Shown here: positions 1 to 13,730 of the stretch, one piece after another
Numbering within the stretch: position 1 is the stretch's first letter
Layout: the number at the start of each line of letters is the position of its first letter
Origin: Octopus vulgaris
Lineage: Eukaryota
DNA length: 64,000 bases
Direction: 5' to 3'
Assembly (NCBI GenBank): GCA_951406725.2
Contig: OX597834.1
Span: 8,928,001-8,992,000, forward strand
Translations under genes and position numbers: made by a program
The notes under the pieces: generated by a model
The model's database searches: none
Told to the model about the DNA's origin: nothing
The model's input: only the letters and a program-made list of their open reading frames with translations

Positions 1-332
1 GCAAGGTGCCATGGCGATATCTGGACAGAGGCCTACGCAAAGTTACAGAATGTTTGTGGAGAGGTGTGTTTGAGCCGCACACAAGTGTACGAGTGGTTCA
101 GACGTTTCCAAGATGGGCGAAATCATGTCGCTATTGACGAATGTTCTGGGAGACCTGCAACCAGCAGAACTGAGAAAAGCATTGCTGATAGTCATGCAAC
201 TGTGAGGGGGAAATCGTCGAATCAGCATGCGTGAGTTTTCAGAGGATGTGCAGATTAGTTACGGTTCTGTTCAGTCTATTATCACTGAAGATTTGTGTTT
301 ATGAGACGCGTGTCTACCGAGTTTGTGCCAAA

Positions 333-333
<1 letters not shown>
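1..333 (+). pseudogene. Mariner/Tc1-family transposase N-terminal (HTH) fragment, frameshifted
   Basis: Frame 1 reads TEAYAKLQNVCGEVCLSRTQVYEWFRRFQDGRNHVAIDECSGRP. After frameshifts it continues NRRISMREFSEDVQISYGSVQSIITEDL and MRRVSTEFVP. This matches mariner motifs WFxRF..GR, RSGRP and the xVP linker. Ends at a (TA)n tract. Confidence 0.85.
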
Positions 334-367
<34 letters not shown>

Positions 368-1066
368 ATGGGTGGATTTATACATACACATATAGGTATG
401 TGTGTGTGTATACTTTTAAACAGGTAACATCAGTTACACGTAAAATGATTGATAAAATTCTTCCAGAATCTCATAATTCTCTCGTTCATCTTATATAGCA
501 ATTTTCTTCCGGCGAGTGAAAAGCGGGAATTAATTTCAAAACTTTTTGGGAATCACAGTTTCATGGGGATAACTCAGATGCTTGCCTGAAGTAAACTTAT
601 CTCTTCGCTTAAAATTTTTATAGATAAAAACGAAATAAATATAAGTTAACTAGGAATGAATGAGGTATGAGAAGTGAGTGGAATGGAAAAGTAAAGAGAA
701 AATAGTGTCATATCAAAGATCGTTTGCAACTTGTATATAAAATCTGGTAGAAAGGGGAAGAGAAGAATAGATTAGAGGATGGACAGGTGGATGCTGTGGA
801 CGTAGAAATTGATAGGTTTCATAAATTAACCATGCTAGGGTACCGTCTTGAAATGATTACCAGAATTTGGCTCGGTGGATCTAGTAGATGAGAACTAATC
901 AAATTTACGTTAGCACACGTAATTTGGGAATTTCGAAACCTAGGACCTAGTTTATCCACATCTGGGTTGTACATTTATTAAATGTTCTTCCTACAGTTAA
1001 GATGAAATATTCGCCGCCCGCTATCATTTTTGCCACTATAATATATATGATATATAGAGAGAAGCT

Positions 1067-1188
1067 CTGGAGGCGCAATGGTCCAGTAGTTAGGGCAGCG
1101 GACTCGCGGCCGTAGGATCGCTGTTTCGATTCCCAGACCGGGCGTTGTGAGTGTTTGTTGGGCAAAAACACCTAAAGCTCCACGAGGT
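1067..1188 (+). mobile_element. tRNA-derived SINE family C, 5' head only
   Basis: TGGAGGCGCAATGGTCCAGTAGTTAGGGCAGCGGACTCGCGG...GTTTCGATTCCCAG has A/B-box-like elements and matches the heads at 8082 and 50062. Confidence 0.8.
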
Positions 1189-1219
1189 TAATTGAAATAT
1201 TTATCTTAGCGAAGTTTAG

Positions 1220-1260
<41 letters not shown>

Positions 1261-2517
1261 TAAAGGAATTAAATGTAATTTTATGCTACTTCGTAATAAT
1301 CCTCATTATATATATATATATATATATATATCTTGTTATCATTTTCATTAGCTGGCATATTGTATAGTATACACCTGTTAGTGTCCTGTTACAGCGTGTT
1401 CCCAGTGTTCGTTGGGTATTTGATTAGGTCATCAGGAATTGGTCGCCTCGAAGCTATAAGAAGACAGCTGTTTTTCCATAGTGCTGCAAAACTGAATCTG
1501 AAATCATATGGTAGCAAAACAAGCGTTTTAACCATACTGTGATTCATGTACGTGTTAACATGTGGCTCTAAGCATGGAAGGATACATCAATCACCGCTGA
1601 AGCTTTGGTTTGTGTGGAATGGTAAAATACCATGTATTGGTGGAGGCTGTTTCGGTGTTATTCTATCTACGTTAGGTTTGGAATATTCTTCATTGTGGCC
1701 TCTTCCAACAAACCAGCATTTGTTTTCGTCCTGTTTACATTTCTTTAGTATTTACGTTTCTTTATTTGACATTTGTTTGACACATGTATTTCAATATTCA
1801 TTTTCTTCTCAAGAGACTCAATATTGAACTTGTTACTTCCGCTATTATATCATATGAATTTTCCATTAATTTTAAGTATTTCCTTGTATTTCTTTTAGTA
1901 TTTTCTCGTATTTTCAAGTATTTTCCGGTATTTTCCATTGAAGCTGTCTCTAATTACACTGTAATTTCCAAATAAGTGGTCATTAAGTAGTGTCTAACTC
2001 TTTAATCTGCTTAGCAGATGTAGCAGAAAAAAATTCGTTATCTGTCGCCATTCGATTCTCTAATTTCGAAAGATGATACACAAAGAGAGATTGTCTTGCA
2101 TTTTCATTCGATTATTCCAACATACTTTTTATTTGGGTTAGGAATAAATGACCAAAATTCTGCAAATTAGTCGTCGGATCAAGTGTTATATAAGCCGTTT
2201 CAGGTGGTAATCATTAGCCTTTTTTGGCCGGACGATTTCTTCACATATATTTGCGGTCATGCATGACACGATGTTAATTCATGAATGAGATGCAGCCCAA
2301 AATCAGCTTACATATATGATTGTTAAAAGAAATCCTATATCTGTAGTTGGATGAATACTTAACTCATCACCGGAGAAGTATTTTTACAATGTTTTTAATT
2401 TATAAAAGATGTGGGCAACATGTGACGTAACGCCATTCTTTTGCGGGTGGTTTAGGACAATTATATCTATATATCACAATGATTATAAGCTAATACTTAA
2501 AGCAATTATATATAATA

Positions 2518-2914
2518 GTAGCAGTATCGCCCGAAGTTGCTCGGGGTTGTTTCAACCCTTAAGAATTGGAACTTTTGTAAAGTAAAAATGTTGCTTCATG
2601 TAGCTTGTTATTCTTTCTAAGAGAAGATTTTTCTGGTTGAAATACACTGAAAAATGGCGACACAGCAGTCAAAAATTCGTAAAAATAAGGATTTTCATAG
2701 AAAAAAAAAAAGCATCTTTTTGATGTAAATAATTTTTGGTGTTAACATGGTCCGATTTGAATTTTTTCTTCTACGGAAGGTAAAGCAAGCCTTCTTTTAT
2801 CGTACTCTCAATTTTGGTGAACTTGTGCCGCAGGGTCTTGGAGGAGATAGTATTTGTTGAAGGCTACCAAACCTTCCATACAAAGACAACTTCAGCTTTA
2901 TATATAGAGAGAGA
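2518..2914 (-). mobile_element. Non-autonomous Helitron-like element (diverged)
   Basis: Shares the terminus GCAGTATCGCCCG..GTTGCTCGGG and the opposite end CTTTATATATAGAGAGA|T with the copies at 12312, 13038 and 55993. Confidence 0.65.
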
Positions 2915-3041
2915 TTAGTTTAAGCAACACAGAGTTATCTTCTACATGAAATTTCCCTTCTTTCAGCAAATTACTTATCCTACACAACGCACAAGTGCTT
3001 CTGTGTGTGAGTGCGCTTAATATGTTAGCGTATTTTGAGAA

Positions 3042-3142
3042 TATTCATAGACATTTTCTGAACTTCAAAGTGGGTAACTACTTAGGAAAGTGAGTATTCA
3101 TAGGCATTTTCAGCACTTCAAAGTGGGTAACTACTTAGGAAA
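3042..3142. repeat. Tandem duplication, about 53 bp period
   Basis: TATTCATAG(A/G)CATTTTC...ACTTCAAAGTGGGTAACTACTTAGGAAA occurs twice. Confidence 0.8.
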
Positions 3143-4285
3143 CCTACTCTCATTTACAACGTTCGGATCAAGTTTAGCTGTAGAAGGAAAGTTTCTAGAT
3201 TACTTAAAATCGAAGAAGAAATGTACTGAATGCCTGTGAGGCTGCACCGGAAATAGTATAAGGTTCCACTAAAGGGTCCAAAAAAGGTAATAAAATATAT
3301 GATATAATATTATTGAATTAAATTTCTCAGCAATCAGTTCATGTTGATACTTGACATTATCATATGGTAAGAAAATATTGTATCAGTACAATTATGGGGA
3401 CTATGCTATCGATAACTACTCTCCATCTTGATAATAATGATGATGATGATGGTGATGAGGAGGATAATGATCATAATGACAATAATAATCATAATAACCA
3501 CCAGGTAGCGGAAGTGCTACTTTGGAAACTGTGTGAAAAGTGGGGGCTAGAGTGAGACAAGACGTGGTATAAGCACAGACCGCAGAGAGTGGCAGAGTCG
3601 GAGACTAGATAAAGGCTCTGGGGTTTCCCAATCTAAAAAGACCAGGTGCTAATGCATAACAGACCGGACCTAATGTTGGAGCACAAGGTTCGTTTGAACC
3701 GTTTCATATTTAAGCCAAATAGTATCCTCACAAATTAGCAACTCTTTTGAACTATTCGTCCGTTCGGGAAATTTTTTTAGGCTGATTGATCGTGCTAAGG
3801 GATGGATATATTGATTGAAATGTTAAAGAAAATATAGGACCTACATCGGATCTGATCAGTGTACCAGATGGCACAAACCGGTCCGTAGCCGTTGAGGGCA
3901 AAAATCTCACGTTCTCATTCGTGTGCTGCCTCAATGTATGTTAATGCCTTCTGTTCACTGCAAAGTAGAAGTTAAGGAGGATTAGTTATTCTGCTGAAAG
4001 AATCAATACAGGAACAAACCCACCAGCAAAACCAGTGGCAATAACAACGGTGGTATCTTGCCCCTACAGAATTAATTAGAGCAACTGTAAGACTGATTGA
4101 TGTGGAAACAACAATAGTGACGATGCATGTGGTGCCAGCACACATGACTGGGAGCAGCATCTACGGCAAGAAAGGCAACATGGACAACATCATGAATTAC
4201 GGAATCTACATCAACAGAAAGTACAAGAGCAAATTTGAAATCCCTTTGGAGTAAACTCTGACATTCATCCATTCAGGGTTTAGAA

Positions 4286-4517
4286 AAGGCGGCGAGCTGG
4301 CAGAAACGTTAGCACGCCAGGCGAAATCCTTAGCGGTATTTCGTCTGCCGTTACGTTCTGAGTTCAAATTCCGTCGAGGTCGACTTTGCCTTCCATCCTT
4401 TCAAGGTCGATAAAGTACCAGTTACGCACTGGGGTCGATGTAATCGACTTAATCCGTTTGTCTGTCCTTGTTTGTCCCCTCTGTGTTCAGCCCCTTGTGG
4501 GTAATAAAGAAACAGGT
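4286..4517 (+). mobile_element. SINE family B monomer (tRNA head plus Meta/MESC-like central domain)
   Basis: AAGGCGGCGAGCTGGCAGAA...GAGTTCAAATTCC...GACTTTGCCTTCCATCCTTTC..GGTCGATAAA..GTACCAG recurs at least 7 times in the window. The central motif resembles the MetaSINE domain (from recall). Confidence 0.85.
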
Positions 4518-6269
4518 ATAGAAAATAAAATGTGAAGTGCAAGGTTCGATGATATCAACTAAACCAGCCACGTAAAATTTTGCTCGGCTAGAACTCAATT
4601 AAAAGCAAATATTTATTACTTTTAATTTATGTATATTTTTCATGAATTATATATATTTTGTCTTCTATATAACATATGTCAGTGTGATTTATTACGTGAA
4701 ACAAAAAAAATAAGCAAATAAGCTATATCCAACGATTTTTATATCTTTTTACCATGATTTTTATTGTATTACAAATGAACTTGCTCTGATATGGTATGTT
4801 GATATGTACTGGAATAATTTGTGCTGGTGCATATTTTGAGTAAATATGTATTTATATATACATACAAGTTTGGAATATATTAGTGCTTATTGTATGGGAA
4901 TGACATTGATATATTATATGATCTTATTGCCAGTATATTATATTAAGTATTCTGGACCAGACAGTTCGAAAGTATTTCTATAAGTCTACACGTTCATATA
5001 TCTGTAAGCGTTGGGTAACTGTGGTAGAGAAAATGTTAATATCGTTAGTGCGAAAACCCTGCTGACTCTAGAAGTGGATGTGTTTACGATAAACAAGTAT
5101 CGAACAGAATTGTACTGGTGTTGGACGAGATGATGGATGAGATAGATATCCAAACTAATCATTAGACACATAACCTCATTCCACTTCGCTTTTGGCTGTG
5201 ATTTTGGAAGAACATCAGCGAAATATTCGCGTCAATTAGAGTAAAAATGCAGAGATGATATCGGTCAAAATTAGTATTTCAAATCCAGAATGGGTAAAGG
5301 CTTTACTCTTCACTGCTTAGGGATGGCCATATGGGATGGATTGATTACCACCTCTATATTGGCACATTGCTGCATACAAAACCTATGAGATGTCATATTG
5401 GATGTAGTTGTAGATACTGTAAGCGTAGACTAAAGAGGATGCGACCAGAAGTTGGTGAGTATGTGACAATTTTATACATGCATGCCGCCTATATATCTCA
5501 ATGTTCAACATATAATCATGGTAACTCGTGCTGAAGAAGCTAAGGTTTTATTATACCAATGCAGAAATCGATCCACATGAGTCCAAATACTTAAATGTAT
5601 GTTAGTAGATTGTCTTAACCTGATTTTGTCTTCGTTGGATTTCTGTAGTATTTTTGGTGACTTAATAAGAGTTTTGACTGTTATTTCAAGCAGGTTGACA
5701 TACCTAGTATGTCCTTTCATTAATTATATATATATATATATATATGGAGAGGTGAAGCTGGTAACATTCTCGGCGGGTTAAAGCGGGGGTAATGCCCATT
5801 CGGCTACCAAAATGCCAAGATCTGCGTACTAGTTACTAGTGTCTAAGTGTATGGTACGTAGATCTGTGAAAAACAATTTAGACGCCGGTGAATTAGGAAG
5901 TTCGTCTATGCCTCCGGGATCTTCACAATTTTTTTCTAATCCTCTTTTTCTGAACAACAATGAAATAATGCAAAAATGGTAAATCAGTTTTTTTCTATTT
6001 AAATATAGAATTTCGATTAATCTATATACGGTTCAAGTCGAGATTGATGTTGTTTCGCTGTAATTGAATAAAACCGCTATATAAATCCTAAAAGCGTTAC
6101 TGATGATCACAGTAAGTCTTTAATAAAATATTCATAAAGCTAATGACGCGATGCGATATTTTCACTAAGTGAACATAGTAGACGAGATGTTAGCAACTTG
6201 TTTGTGGCCACGGTTTTGAGGAGAGAACAACTCAATCAACTGCAACTCTCACGATTATTTAAATTTCGA

Positions 6270-6795
6270 ATATAGTATATATCTATATGTGTGTATATAT
6301 ATAGGTGTGTATATGTATGTGTGTATATGGATGTTGTATATGGATGTATGTATGTCTATGTATGTATGTGTATGTATGCATATATATATGTGTATGTATA
6401 TATGTATGTGTATGTGTGTGTATATGTATGTGTGTGTGTATGTATGTGTATATGTGTGTGTATGTATATGTGTGTGTATGTATATGTGTGTGTATGTATA
6501 TGTATATGTGTGTGTATGTATATGTATATGTGTGTATGTATATGTATGTGTGTATGTATGTATGTGTGTGTGTATGTATATGTATGTGTGTGTGTATATG
6601 TATGTGTGTATATGTATGTGTGTATATGTATGTGTGTATATGTATGTGTGTATATGTATGCGTGTATATGTATGTGTATATGTATGTATGTATATATATG
6701 TATATATATATTTGTGTGTGTGTATATACACACACGTGTGTGTGTGTCTGGCTCTGTGCGCGTTTGTGTGCATGTGTTTGTGTGTGTGTGTGTAC
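6270..6795. repeat. Compound (TA/TG/TATG)n microsatellite
   Basis: Directly visible; it generates the His/Tyr/Ile and Cys/Val/Met ORFs. Confidence 0.95.
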
Positions 6796-7534
6796 CTATT
6801 TGTTTCTAAGAATCTCGACGCAGCTACTACAATCAAATATTATAACCTTACATCAATTTCGGTATCGTAATTTTGAGAAATTATACGGTCGATTTAACAC
6901 ACTGCTGATTAATAATTTGATCGCTCATTAACTGTCGCGTAACTACGTTGTCGCTCTTGCAATGTGTCAAATTTTACAATAACCACAGTCAGGTTTTCCT
7001 TTAATAAAAAATAATCGATGGTGAGGTGGGGGTTAAACACTAGTAATACTAGGAACATTATAATGGCTAAATTTCTTACTCTAGGTACAAGATGGTATTC
7101 CCGTTGTCGCTCTCATCCTTGTCACTCTCTTCCCGTATTTCTTACCTGCTTTGGGAATTTTGGGCACGTTGGCCTTCATCAGACGCACATACTTTCACTT
7201 CCGGAAGCGATTCTTCATTAACGCAATGAACGTAGCCTGAAACCAATAGACAGATATATGTATGTAAAAGTGACTAATAGCTGTTGAAATTTATACTACT
7301 ACTAATACTAATACTACTACTATTGATGATGATAATGATGATGTCAAGGGACAGCAAAATTTCAAGTGTTTACTCAAACAAATTCACCCAATTGCTTCAT
7401 TTTTCTGAAGGTTGATACTTCTTATATCAGTCCACCTTTTTCCCCGAGTGGCAAAGTTACGAGGATGTAAATAAACCAATATCAGTTACCAAGCGGTAGG
7501 GGAACAAACAAAAACGCCGCAAAACACGTAAATA

Positions 7535-7908
7535 GTAGCTTGTTTACCAACCACATGGTTCCGGGTTCAGTCCCACTGCGTGGCATCTTGGGCAAGTGTC
7601 TTCTACTATAGCCTCGGGCCGACCAAAGCCTTGTGAGTGGATTTGGTAGACGGAAACTGAAAGAAGCCTGTCGTATATATGTATATATATATATATGCAT
7701 GTGTGTGTCTGTGTTTGTCCCCCTAGCATCTCTTGACAACCGATGCTGGTGTGTTTACGTCCCCGTCACTTAGCGGTTCGGCAAAATAGACCGATAGAAT
7801 AAGTACTGGGCTTACAAAGAATAAGTCCCGGGGTCGATTTGCTCGACTAAAGGCGGTGCTCCAGCATGGCCGCAGTCAAATGACTGAAAAGAAGTAAGAC
7901 AGTAAGGA
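7535..7908 (+). mobile_element. SINE family A (tRNA head, CORE-like TTGGGCAAGTGTCTT, internal microsatellite, LINE-like tail), 5' clipped
   Basis: Near-identical to copies at 14312, 40031, 44366, 48971, 55556 and 60026. Tail GGCGGTGCTCCAGCATGGCCGCAGTCAAATGACTGAAA. Confidence 0.9.
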
Positions 7909-8081
7909 GCAAGACTAAATGAAGATGAGTTGTCCTAGTTTTAAAACTAGAAATATTCATATTGAATTCACTGTGATGGCTTATAACTAAGTATGTATAA
8001 TATGAAAAAGGGTTCCAAGTAAGCAATAATAAGTACAGAGAAGTAACAGTGCACCTGTGCGTCAGGGGCTACAGTCTTAAG

Positions 8082-8391
8082 GGTGGAGGCGCAATGGCCC
8101 AGTGGTTAGGGCAGCGGACTCGCGGTCGTAGGATCGCGGTTTCGATTCCCAGACTCTTTCACCACAACTTTCTCTCACTCTTACTTCCTGTTTCTGTTGT
8201 ACATGTATTTCAAGGGGCCGGCCTTGTCACTCTCTGTGTCACGCTGAATCTCCCCGAGAACTACGTTAAGGGTGCACGTGTCTGTGGAATGCTCAGCCAC
8301 TTACACGTTAATTTCACGTGCAGGCTGTTCCGTTGATTCGGATCAACCGGAACCCTCGTCGTCGTAACCGACGGAGTGCTTCCATCCATCC
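8082..8391 (+). mobile_element. SINE family C with internal deletion and 11-bp TSD
   Basis: tRNA-like head and (TCCA)n tail. TSD ACAGTCTTAAG at 8071-8081 and 8392-8402. Lacks a segment present in the 50062 copy. Confidence 0.9.
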
Positions 8392-8660
8392 ACAGTCTTA
8401 AGAAAAATATTCCTTTGAAAACCTAATTCTAGATTGAGTTCAACATTTGCTTTTCTTCTATGTCAATCTCCTAAGATTTTATCGAATTGCAACGAAACAA
8501 ACTTTGGTGATATTACTAAATAGGATTTCATATATTTATAATGCAATTAGTTTTGATAACTGCCTGCAATATCAAAATCAATTATATCAGGATTACGGCA
8601 GCAAAGAATATTGGTGCAATGAAAATAATTCCAAATTAAAATATGAGTAAACTTAATTTA

Positions 8661-8694
<34 letters not shown>

Positions 8695-9042
8695 CATTAA
8701 TGTAATTTATTGCTATTGTATACACTAGATGAAAATAATTTGTGAATTCGTTTCAAGGACACAAAGTGAAGTAAAGCGGGATCTAGAAATAGTCAGAATT
8801 TCAAATTCAATTAAAAAACAACAGAAACAACGAAAAAAATCTTCTCTATAGTTGTAAATCACGTGAGAGTCCTTTAATATAAACCGATAGACAGGTAATA
8901 ATTTTATGGAATTTGCTATATAAAAATAAATAAATATGTACGCGTGTGTGTATGCGATTGTGTGTCAGCTTTACATTTTATTGTATGCTGTGCATGAGTT
9001 TAGCTGTTAATATGTATCTACATGCATTTTTATGTGAACGTA

Positions 9043-9793
<751 letters not shown>

Positions 9794-9794
<1 letters not shown>

Positions 9795-10905
9795 TAAAAT
9801 GTTTTAGGCCGCGCCAAGCTGGGGGGCACCACCGCTGAATGAGCTACACTAATTTGTGAATCCACCTCTGATACGTGGCACTTGATCAACAAGGGAGTTC
9901 GATGCTGCTGCCCGCATCTGCGTGTCCTGTCGTAAGGTAGGTTAATCTGGGACTCCCGACAAGAGGAGATCCAGTTTAGTTTTAAAGAAACCCACATCCA
10001 CACCATGTAAGTCTCTCAGGCATTTAGGGAGGATGTTAAAGAGCTGTGGTCCTCTGAAACCCAAGCTGTTGCAGTATCTGGTCCTGTATTTTGATGGTAA
10101 TGTTGGAATCTTTGGCACCATCTTTGGCGCCCCGTTCTGCGGTTGGGGTAAATTTGAATGCCAAAGTTTGGGACAAGACCCTCCAGGATTTTCCAGATGT
10201 ATATCACCGCATATCTCTCCCGCCTCCGCTCTAGTGAGAAGAGATTTAATACTTTCAGTCTTTCCCAGTAGCTGATATTTTGCATTGAGACGATCTTCTT
10301 TGTGTAGCTTCTCTGAATTGCTTCGAGTTCTGCTGTTAGTTTTATATTGTGTGGTGACCATAGTTGGGAGCAGTAGTCCAAGCGGCTGAGGATGAATGTT
10401 TTCCAGAGGACCATCACTGTCCCCTTCTCTCTCTTTCTGAAAGTTCGGAGAATCCATCCAGCTAGCCGTTTGCATTTTATCACCAGATTAGTAATATGCA
10501 CTTGGAAAGATGCATCATTGCTCATGTCAATGCCCAGATCACGCACTGATTTTGACTCAGGGATTGCAATTCTTCCTGGGCCAGTGTATTCAGTCTGCAC
10601 GTAGTTTACATTTGTGTGCCGGTAGCGCAGGTCCTGGAACTTACCTGCATTAAACTGCATGTTGTTGTCCTCCACCCACCTGTATATTTTATCCAACTCC
10701 TGTTGCAAATGCGCAATATTTTCAGGGATTTGTATTGTGTGGGAGACTTTTGTTTCATCTGCATAGCTAGCATGGGTGGCCATCGTAGCAACTGAATGCA
10801 TGTCTGAAAGGGCCAATATGAACATCAGTGGCCCCAAGACAGTGCCCTGTGGGACACCGCTTGTTATTTGCGTTTCCTTGGAGGTGGCTCTATTGCTCAA
10901 AATTG
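9794..10905 (-). mobile_element. 5'-truncated CR1/L2-group LINE (RT C-terminal half plus 3' end), inactivated
   Basis: ORF 10016..10900 has SGVPQGTVLGPLMF, YADETK (YADD decayed), LDYCSQLWSP and YWERLKVLNLFSLERRRER. It frameshifts near 10120 into NSLGFRGPQLFNILP...FKTKLDLLLSGVPD. Confidence 0.9.
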
Positions 10906-10936
<31 letters not shown>

Positions 10937-10939
<3 letters not shown>

Positions 10940-11840
10940 AACAAGGAGTACTGTTGGTCATTGTTGAGTACAGATTATGTGCTACGTATGTCAGTTGATA
11001 CCATATCTGGCAAGGGCTTTGAAATAAGACCAAGAAGAAGTTTCAGACACCCAGCTGAGTACTTGACAGACACTGACTTTGCTGACGACATCGATCTTAT
11101 CAGTGATTCTCTCTCCAATGTCCAGTCTCTTTTACAATCTCTTGAACAAGCCTCAAAGTGTGTAGGTCTTTAAATCAATGAAGCCAAGACTGAATACATA
11201 AACAAGTGCCTGTCCAACAGTGATTGCATTATCCATACTCTCAACAATGCGCCCTTAAATATGGTTTCTGATTTCAAATATCTTGTGTCATACATATCAC
11301 CATCTGGAAAAGACTTTCTAACTAGAAAGGGTATGGACTGGTCAGCCTGTAATGACATGCATAAGATCTGGTCATCAAATCTAAGTAGATACTTCAAACT
11401 TGAAATCTTCAAAGCCACAGTCGAACCAATTCTACTATATGGCTCAGAATCCTGGACGTTATCAAAGAAGCTTGAGAGGCGGTTGGATGGAACCTATGCT
11501 CGCCTCCTTATGAGAGTTCAAAATCTCTCGTGGAAGCGCCATCCAACCAAAATCCAAATATATCGGAAACTACCACCTGTGTCATCTCTTGTGAAAGGTA
11601 AGAGAGTCCAGTTTGCTGGACATTGTTGTAGAGCTGAAAAAGAGGTAATTTCTACTCTTCTCCTCTGGAAGCCATCTACTCGCAATACCAGAGGGCGCAC
11701 ACTCTCCTACCCTGATGTAATCTCCAGGGATACAGGCATCCAGCAACAGGACCTCCGTAATGCCATGATGGACCGTGAAGTCTGGCGTAGCATGGTAAAT
11801 TCCATTGTCTCGACCACAGTCGAACAATGATGATGATGAT
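10937..11840 (+). mobile_element. 5'-truncated RTE-clade LINE with one in-frame stop and (TGA)n tail
   Basis: ORFs 10868..11173 and 11261..11830 share a frame: DTDFADDI, GL*INEAKTE, FKYL, ILLYGSESWTL, QFAGHC, MMDREVWR. Ends TGATGATGATGAT. Confidence 0.9.
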
Positions 11841-12311
11841 GTTGGTCATTTCTTTCCTATCACTCTTGAAATGGTTGAAAAAATTGTCCAAATGAACTCC
11901 TTTATGTTGACTCAATATTGTTTTTTAACAATCAATTTTCATGCGACAGATGCACGAACGCAAACATCATAAAGTTTCGTGTAATATTACTAATGTGTAT
12001 CAAAGCTTGTAATCAGAAGTTGGACAAGCTTTATACTGCACTCCACTATGTTCTGAACTGAACATGTAATAACTATATATATATATATATATATATGTAC
12101 ATGCACAGACGGAGGGAGGGCACTAGAATGTTCTTGTCTCTATGGGTATCGCGAAATGGGCGGTAGGAGGTCCAAATTATCGAGTTATTTCACAGGGCTT
12201 AGAAAAAATAATGGACAGCAGCAATAAGTCTGTAAATCTGAGAGAGGAGTACATTGGATAAAAATATAATTAACTGATCCCCACGAACTAGCACCACCTC
12301 GTATATATGAA

Positions 12312-12700
12312 CTAGCAATATCGCCCGGCGTTGCTCGGGTTTGTAAGGGAATTAACTATATAAGCATTTTTAGAGAGTTATAGCCAAAAAAATAGCCCAA
12401 AAATGCATTAAAAAGGGAACAAAAATGATGGTAATTTTGTTTTTAAATCGTTGACTCATCGTAGACATTTTTAGAGAGTTACTTCCTCTTTTTTTTAATA
12501 GCGAAAAAAAATGCATTAAAATGGAAAAAAATGATGGTAATTTTTTTTTTTAAAAAACGTAGACTCATCGTAGAAGGGCTCGATATGAATCACGACTATA
12601 AGATACCCGGTTTTGGTTAAACTGCACCGCAAAATGTGGGAGTAGTTAGGAATCTAAATCGTAGGAGACAGACACACAACTTGACTTTTATATATAAAGA
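12312..12700 (-). mobile_element. Non-autonomous Helitron-like element with internal tandem duplication
   Basis: On the minus strand it reads A|TC...hairpin CCCGAGCAACGCCGGG...CTAG|T. An internal unit (CATTTTTAGAGAGTTA...GACTCATCGTAGA) is present twice. Confidence 0.75.
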
Positions 12701-13037
12701 TTAGGTCTCCAGACCGAAAGACCAACGTTTTTGTAAATATTACCACCATGCACTTGGTCGTCTGACTTTTCTGTTGTCGTTGTTGAGAATTACTTTCTTT
12801 GCAAGACATTTTAAAGTAAGTACTTAAATATAAAGCATACGGATATACTTCGTACGAACTGTTTCCTCAATTTAATTTTCCATCCTTGCAAATCACATTA
12901 CCACGGCTAATGGGCTGTTTTGAATATAAAATTATATACAGCACTGCTAGCTACATTTGTTAAAATCCTCTTTGAAATTAATAAAATTCAATATGCGTAT
13001 ACGTAACAATAGTTTCCATTCCTTTTGTTATTAACTA

Positions 13038-13422
13038 CTAGCAGTATCGCCCGGCGTTGCTCAGATTTGTAAGGGAAATAACTATACAACATTTTTAGAG
13101 AGTTATAGACAAAAAATAGCAAAAAAATGAAAAAAAATGATGGTAAATTTTTTTTGAGAGTAAAAAAAGGTGGAGTTGCGTCCCCTAGACAGTTTGCGGT
13201 TTGTGTTTCTGATTCTCGACCCCATGTCGAATTTATCGATTTTTTTTCAGAACTGGGGGAACTTTTCAAAATTTTCGCTGCGTTAGTTTTGAATTATGAC
13301 ATTGGGCTATGTGTGTGTCAAGTTTCATCAGAATCGGTTGAAAGCCGTGGTCAGGGTGAGGGTACAAGCAAACAGTCACACAGAAACACGCACAGACAAA
13401 CTGCCGTTTATATAGAGAGAGA
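13038..13422 (-). mobile_element. Non-autonomous Helitron-like element
   Basis: 5' TC, 3' GC-rich hairpin and CTAG, inserted at A|T. Near-identical inverted copy at 55993-56374. Confidence 0.8.
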
Positions 13423-13730
13423 TATTCGTAAATGTTCTTATTGCAATCCGTTTTCATTGGCAGGATGTACATTTTTACGATGTGTGTAGCTGTGGATTTT
13501 AACAAAACAGTATCACTGCAATTTGCATTGAAACCACAGGAGGATAGTATAAGAATTACAAATTTACACTGATCTGCGTATAAATTGAATTTCCTTGAAC
13601 CAAAGCACACCAAAACACTGGATTCCAGTACTGACTTTTACATCGTTTATTATTATAATTATTGCAAATATACAATCTAGATAATATTGCAATCCGCTGA
13701 AACGAAATCGGAATTAAACATCGGAGGAAT

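Noticed and set aside
1067-1140. tRNA genes at SINE heads (also 8083 and 50062)
   Set aside because: They run into a shared SINE body with tail and TSD, and no proper acceptor stem is evident.
3841-3888. Hammerhead-like CTGATCA-GTG..CAC-AAACCGGTC
   Set aside because: The 3:8 pair is broken, G12 is missing and stem I is offset; at most a decayed copy.
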